Assembly: GCA_000320545.1 (NCBI GenBank)
Contig: ADNK01001965.1
Location: 1 to 64,000, forward strand
Source of the DNA: Bigelowiella natans CCMP2755
Lineage: Eukaryota > Protista > Cercozoa
Length of the DNA stretch: 64,000 nucleotides
Reading direction: 5' to 3'
Both the position numbers and the translations under genes were made by a program. Positions 59,932 through 64,000 of this stretch are shown one piece after another. Below the pieces are notes generated by a model. The model was not told the DNA's origin. It saw nothing but the letters and a program-made list of their open reading frames with translations, and made no database searches. Position 1 is the first letter of the stretch. Every line of letters starts with the position of its first letter.

Positions 59932-60801
59932 CTATGTGCAGGTTTTGGAAACGTCCGTTGGATGCGTAAGGCAGGTTGCCGGTAACGAGAATGGAACTGA
60001 AGACGTCGAAACTCCGCAGTACGGTTGCCCCGAGTTAAACGTAGAGTGCAAGCTCGCCGCCTGCGCGGCGCTGAGTTCCGTCGATAGGATGAGGACCTGC
60101 CACATCTTTCCGGAGAAGCCGAACGCGCCCCCATATTCCTTGCCTACGTGGAGCTCCTCCGCGTTGTTTGCACCCGTGAAAGACCCGGTTCCCTTGAGCA
60201 CGCCGTCGATGTAGACTTTCGCTGTCTTGGAGCCGGCTCCCGCGCTCCGCGTCCAGACCACGGAATGGGCAGATGCGCGCCCGGCGGCGTCGAAAACGCC
60301 CGGAGCGGTAACAAGGTTGTTGATATAATTCCCATCCTGCACGCCCATCATAGTGTTACCGTTGTCCTTCCCTACGAACCAGTCGTCATTCCCACTAGGG
60401 TCCCGACTCCCAAAAATAGCCGAGTAAGTCTGTGTGTCTGTGCCTGTATATTGGAACCACGCCGCGACACTGAAGGCGCCGGTTTTGGCGTTTATGTCGC
60501 CCATCGTCAGCCCTGTGTTTACCGAACCCCCGCTGAAGGCAACATGTCCGCCCCCACCTGTGCCCGCCGCAACGCTCCCCACAACCGCCCCATCCTTTGC
60601 CAGTGGGCCAATGTCCTTCCAGACCCCCCCCGTCAGCGGGTGCACCCCCGCGTTGTAGTAAGCCATGACGTCACTGGAGCACGCCGTGGAGTCGACGAGT
60701 TGGGGTAAGATGACGAGAAGAACGACCGTGAGGAGCCACGGTCGAGGAGGAGGATAATGGGGACCATGATGATGATGAGGCGCCATTCTCATGACCCTCA
60801 T
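59932..60801 (-). CDS. Secreted LamG/concanavalin A-like lectin domain protein, intronless
   Basis: Signal-like WLLTVVLLVILPQLVDS; WKD, FSVAAWF, H.VVWT, KVYIDGV, L.VG, FSG.M..V.I...ELSAAQ pattern of Laminin_G_3 domains. Confidence 0.8.
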   Translation of the reverse strand: MRVMRMAPHHHHGPHYPPPRPWLLTVVLLVILPQLVDSTACSSDVMAYYNAGVHPLTGGVWKDIGPLAKDGAVVGSVAAGTGGGGHVAFSGGSVNTGLTMGDINAKTGAFSVAAWFQYTGTDTQTYSAIFGSRDPSGNDDWFVGKDNGNTMMGVQDGNYINNLVTAPGVFDAAGRASAHSVVWTRSAGAGSKTAKVYIDGVLKGTGSFTGANNAEELHVGKEYGGAFGFSGKMWQVLILSTELSAAQAASLHSTFNSGQPYCGVSTSSVPFSLPATCLTHPTDVSKTCT

Positions 60802-60960
60802 GACGTTACATGTACACTTTGCAGTAGAGGTAACGGATTCATCCGATGCGAAATTCGATGTTCAATTTGTCAGCAACATGGGTCGTTTGTCTAGGCAAAG
60901 AATCATGCGACCCTTATCCTAGATCTACGAACAACCGAACAAGTTCTCATTTTCCTTTCT

Positions 60961-61620
60961 GTGCACGAAAAACACTGTTGGTTGGTCAGGAAATGCATGT
61001 CTCTTTTGACATTGTGCACACATTTTTGAAGTCCTCGCAATGATGTTTGCTGAGGCGGTGCTGCATGCACATGCCTGTCTCCCATGTGGTTCTGGCGCAT
61101 GTGGATTTGCATCAATGCTTTGTTCATTGTTCATTCATTGTTCATTGGGCGACTTGTGTTCAGCCTGACCAAAATGAGGTGCTGATCAACAGGGTGCTGA
61201 CGAGTGCACGTGTGTTGAAAGTCACATCCTGGCACCCTTGACTGCCCAGCTGCAACTCCTCGTGAGAGAACGATGCCGTCTCAGTCTGCCTGTTGGTTTT
61301 TGCAAGTTGGCTGGTCACACGTGGCCAACAGCCAGCAGGTGCAACCAAGGATGAGGTGCCAAACTTGCCAGCAATCAATCACGGTGTGGCGTGCAAACGA
61401 CAAACTCCAGCACTTTGCGTGCCAGCGTGTCAAAGCAGTGAAACTCACCAGAGAAAAAACTTTTTTGAAACGATTTCCGTTTGAACACTCGCTAGCTCAC
61501 TTCCTTGTGCCATCACTGAACACCAAAAAGTGAAAACACTTGATGGGGCAACGTGTGCCAGTCTAGCAGTGAAACTTGCTTGACATTCAACAAGATGAAC
61601 ACGTCAATCCTGGGCAACAT
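60961..61620. repeat. TpA-depleted block 5
   Basis: 2 TpA in 660 bp, both within CTAG. Confidence 0.8.
61083..61147 (+). mobile_element. Dispersed repeat copy B, probable 3' end of a non-LTR retrotransposon
   Basis: Homologous to the reverse complement of 5727-5794. Confidence 0.65.
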
Positions 61621-62102
61621 CAGCATCGCATGTACTACTGCTAGACTGCTAGCTTGCTAGCTTGTGCATTCGGCCCATCTAGCTATGACGATGAAAAATC
61701 ATGGCACCGCTGATGATTGACATGCGACACGTTGCACAAGACCTCAGTTTCAGTGCACACGATGGCACATTAGGCATCTAGGCATGTGCGCATGCACATC
61801 AAGCCGTGAACAATTCAACGACCCCTCTGGGTCCTACTAGCCTAGCTAGCTAAAGCATGAACTTTGGCTTGGCTAACACCTTGCTAGCTACGATTAGACA
61901 ATGGCCATCAATGTACTTGGCAGATTTGACATGTCTAGATGTGCACACCTTGAGGACATGAATGAAACAATGAGCTGCGCATGCACATGCAGTGATACCA
62001 AAACGCTTCTGGAAGTCCACAATGAGGCCTGTGTAGGTTTCGTAGCTGCTGCTCATGCAGATTCATTTTTCTCGCTACGTCACGTCCCTTCGTAGTTTAA
62101 CA

Positions 62103-62488
62103 TCATTCTTCGCTCACATCGTCCTCATTGCCATATGGGTTTCCATCTCTAATTTTGCCTTTTTCAACTTTGAAGGTGTAGCTTAGCCCAGACCCCTTCC
62201 ATAGATTAAGGTCAAAAGTATCCAGATCTTTTGCCTCAGGATTGTCGAAGGAGCGACCGGTCAGTCGCTCACACGCCACAGTGTTGCCGATGGTTAAGGG
62301 TGCATGTGTTGAGCATACTCGTTCACCATCACCCCCCTTCAGCGTACACATGTATGCTGTTCCATCGCCAACCACTGTCGCGACGCCGTCGTTTCTGCTC
62401 ATCGACGAGCAGGGAAAAGACGGAGGGAGGGAACGAAGTTAAACCGAGTCCAATGTTAACAAGAAAAGTAACTTCTTTCTCTCCCCAC

Positions 62489-62527
<39 letters not shown>

Positions 62528-62952
62528 CGTAAAACGTGTGCATTCATTCCATCTCTTCTTAATCCCCCCCCCCTCTCTCCCTCTCTCTCTCTCTCTCTTC
62601 GTAAAATATGCATTTATTTGATCCTTCTCTCTAATTTCTTTCTGATTTCTGCTTTCTCCTTATTCCCTAGGCACTTTGCCTTCCTCCACAGTTACTACCC
62701 GATAAGAAGCGCAGTTTCCTGGTCTACGCCAATGCCCCTCACGTCAGCGTCATTGGGGATATATCCGTCGTATTTGTTCTGGATGCGTGCGAGAAACACC
62801 ACGAGACGGCCCATACGGTCGCGTACTTTGAAGTGTGTGTCTGAAATGGGAAAAAGGAAGAAAGGAAGAGAGGAAGAGAGGGAGGAGGAGGAGGAGGAGG
62901 AGGAGGAGGAGGAGCGAGAGGAGGAGGAAAGTATACACTTACACTTACAAAC

Positions 62953-62988
<36 letters not shown>

Positions 62989-63691
62989 TCCCACCCTCTC
63001 TAAGCAAGTTCCACAGTAGTAGCTAGCTAGTACTACTCCGCACCCGTGACGACGGTTTGGCTCTCGAGGTGGGTGTCAACCAAACTCATCTTGGGTACTA
63101 TGGATCCATTTATGTTCTCATCGTAGGGATCTTCTAACGCCTCAGATGAGATGGCACTCCCATATTGGCCTGGGGAATAATTGCATGAGGGGGTATAATG
63201 ACGACCAGGAGAAATAAAGAATGAAACGCATAGCAATGGGAGGAAGAAAGTGTGAAAGGAATGATCTTCATCCACATAACCCACATCGCTCAACCGCCTT
63301 TGTCGTAGTCCTCTCCCACCACCACCCCTCCATTATCATCATCATCATCATCATCATCGTTATCTATACTAAATGTTACCGGTATAGATATAGTCCCCTT
63401 GAATAGCGCAACCAGCAGATGTCCCTCCAATACTCACATTTCGGACTACCCTTGACGCCTCCAGCTCTGCTTCGAGTGCTGTTCCTTGGATGTCACCATC
63501 ATCATCATGCAAGAGTAATCAGAGGATGGAGGGAACAAAGAATGAGCTCTCTCTTTCCCTCTTTCTCCCTTTCTCTCTCTCCCTCTCCATCCATCCATCC
63601 ATCTATCTTTCTTGGGATAGAGTCAAACGAGTCGCACAACACTCACCACCACCCACATGCACCAAATATCCAGGGGATACAGCTTTCTACA

Positions 63692-63760
<69 letters not shown>

Positions 63761-64000
63761 TTCTCTTTTTCTCTTTAGATATATCTTCTATGAGCAGCAC
63801 CCCACCTGCAATACGGTCGATGTACTTGCTTTGGTCGCCACCTGCGAAGAAGATGGCCTCTGCTTCTTGCACATATCGTAGCACCGATGGATCATTGGCT
63901 GATGATATCATTCATTTATTTATTTTGTACCACAAGTAGAGAGGAGAGAAGGGAGTAAATCAATAGTTAGTTGAGCATCAAGTCAAAATCAATAGATGAT
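62103..64000 (-). CDS. Cyanophycinase-like peptidase S51 (5' end outside window)
   Basis: AEAIFFAGGDQSKY (~63830-63870), IGGTSAGCAIQG (~63400-63435, catalytic Ser), SSEALEDPY, DTHFKVRDRMGRLVVFLARI, GIGVDQETALLI; stop at 62103. Confidence 0.88.

Overview
This is eukaryotic nuclear DNA, gene-dense with many GT-AG introns, many of them filled with microsatellites. A green-algal-type psbR with a bipartite leader (signal peptide plus transit peptide) points to an alga with a green secondary plastid, most likely a chlorarachniophyte such as Bigelowiella (inference). About 19 protein-coding genes can be rebuilt by hand: MFS transporter, STK16-like kinase, metallo-beta-lactamase-fold hydrolase, SAM/CaaX protein, a large C2H2-containing unknown, GH30, transportin-3/importin-13-like, TRAF/MATH, GNAT, PsbR, rhodanese, USP, alpha/beta hydrolase, two glycosyltransferases, a methyltransferase, IlvA, a LamG protein and a cyanophycinase. 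The most striking signal is non-genic. Five roughly 0.5-1.1 kb blocks are almost free of the TpA dinucleotide: my hand count is 16 TpA in 4020 bp, 11 of them inside CTAG, while CpG is retained. A LINE relic in one block carries substitutions that read as TA->CA/TG (Tyr->His/Cys, Leu->Pro, Val->Ala). The blocks occupy all five head-to-tail intergenic spacers and none of the divergent ones. This suggests a context-specific, region-targeted A:T->G:C hypermutation running opposite to fungal RIP. All gene models and counts are manual; exon boundaries are approximate unless stated.
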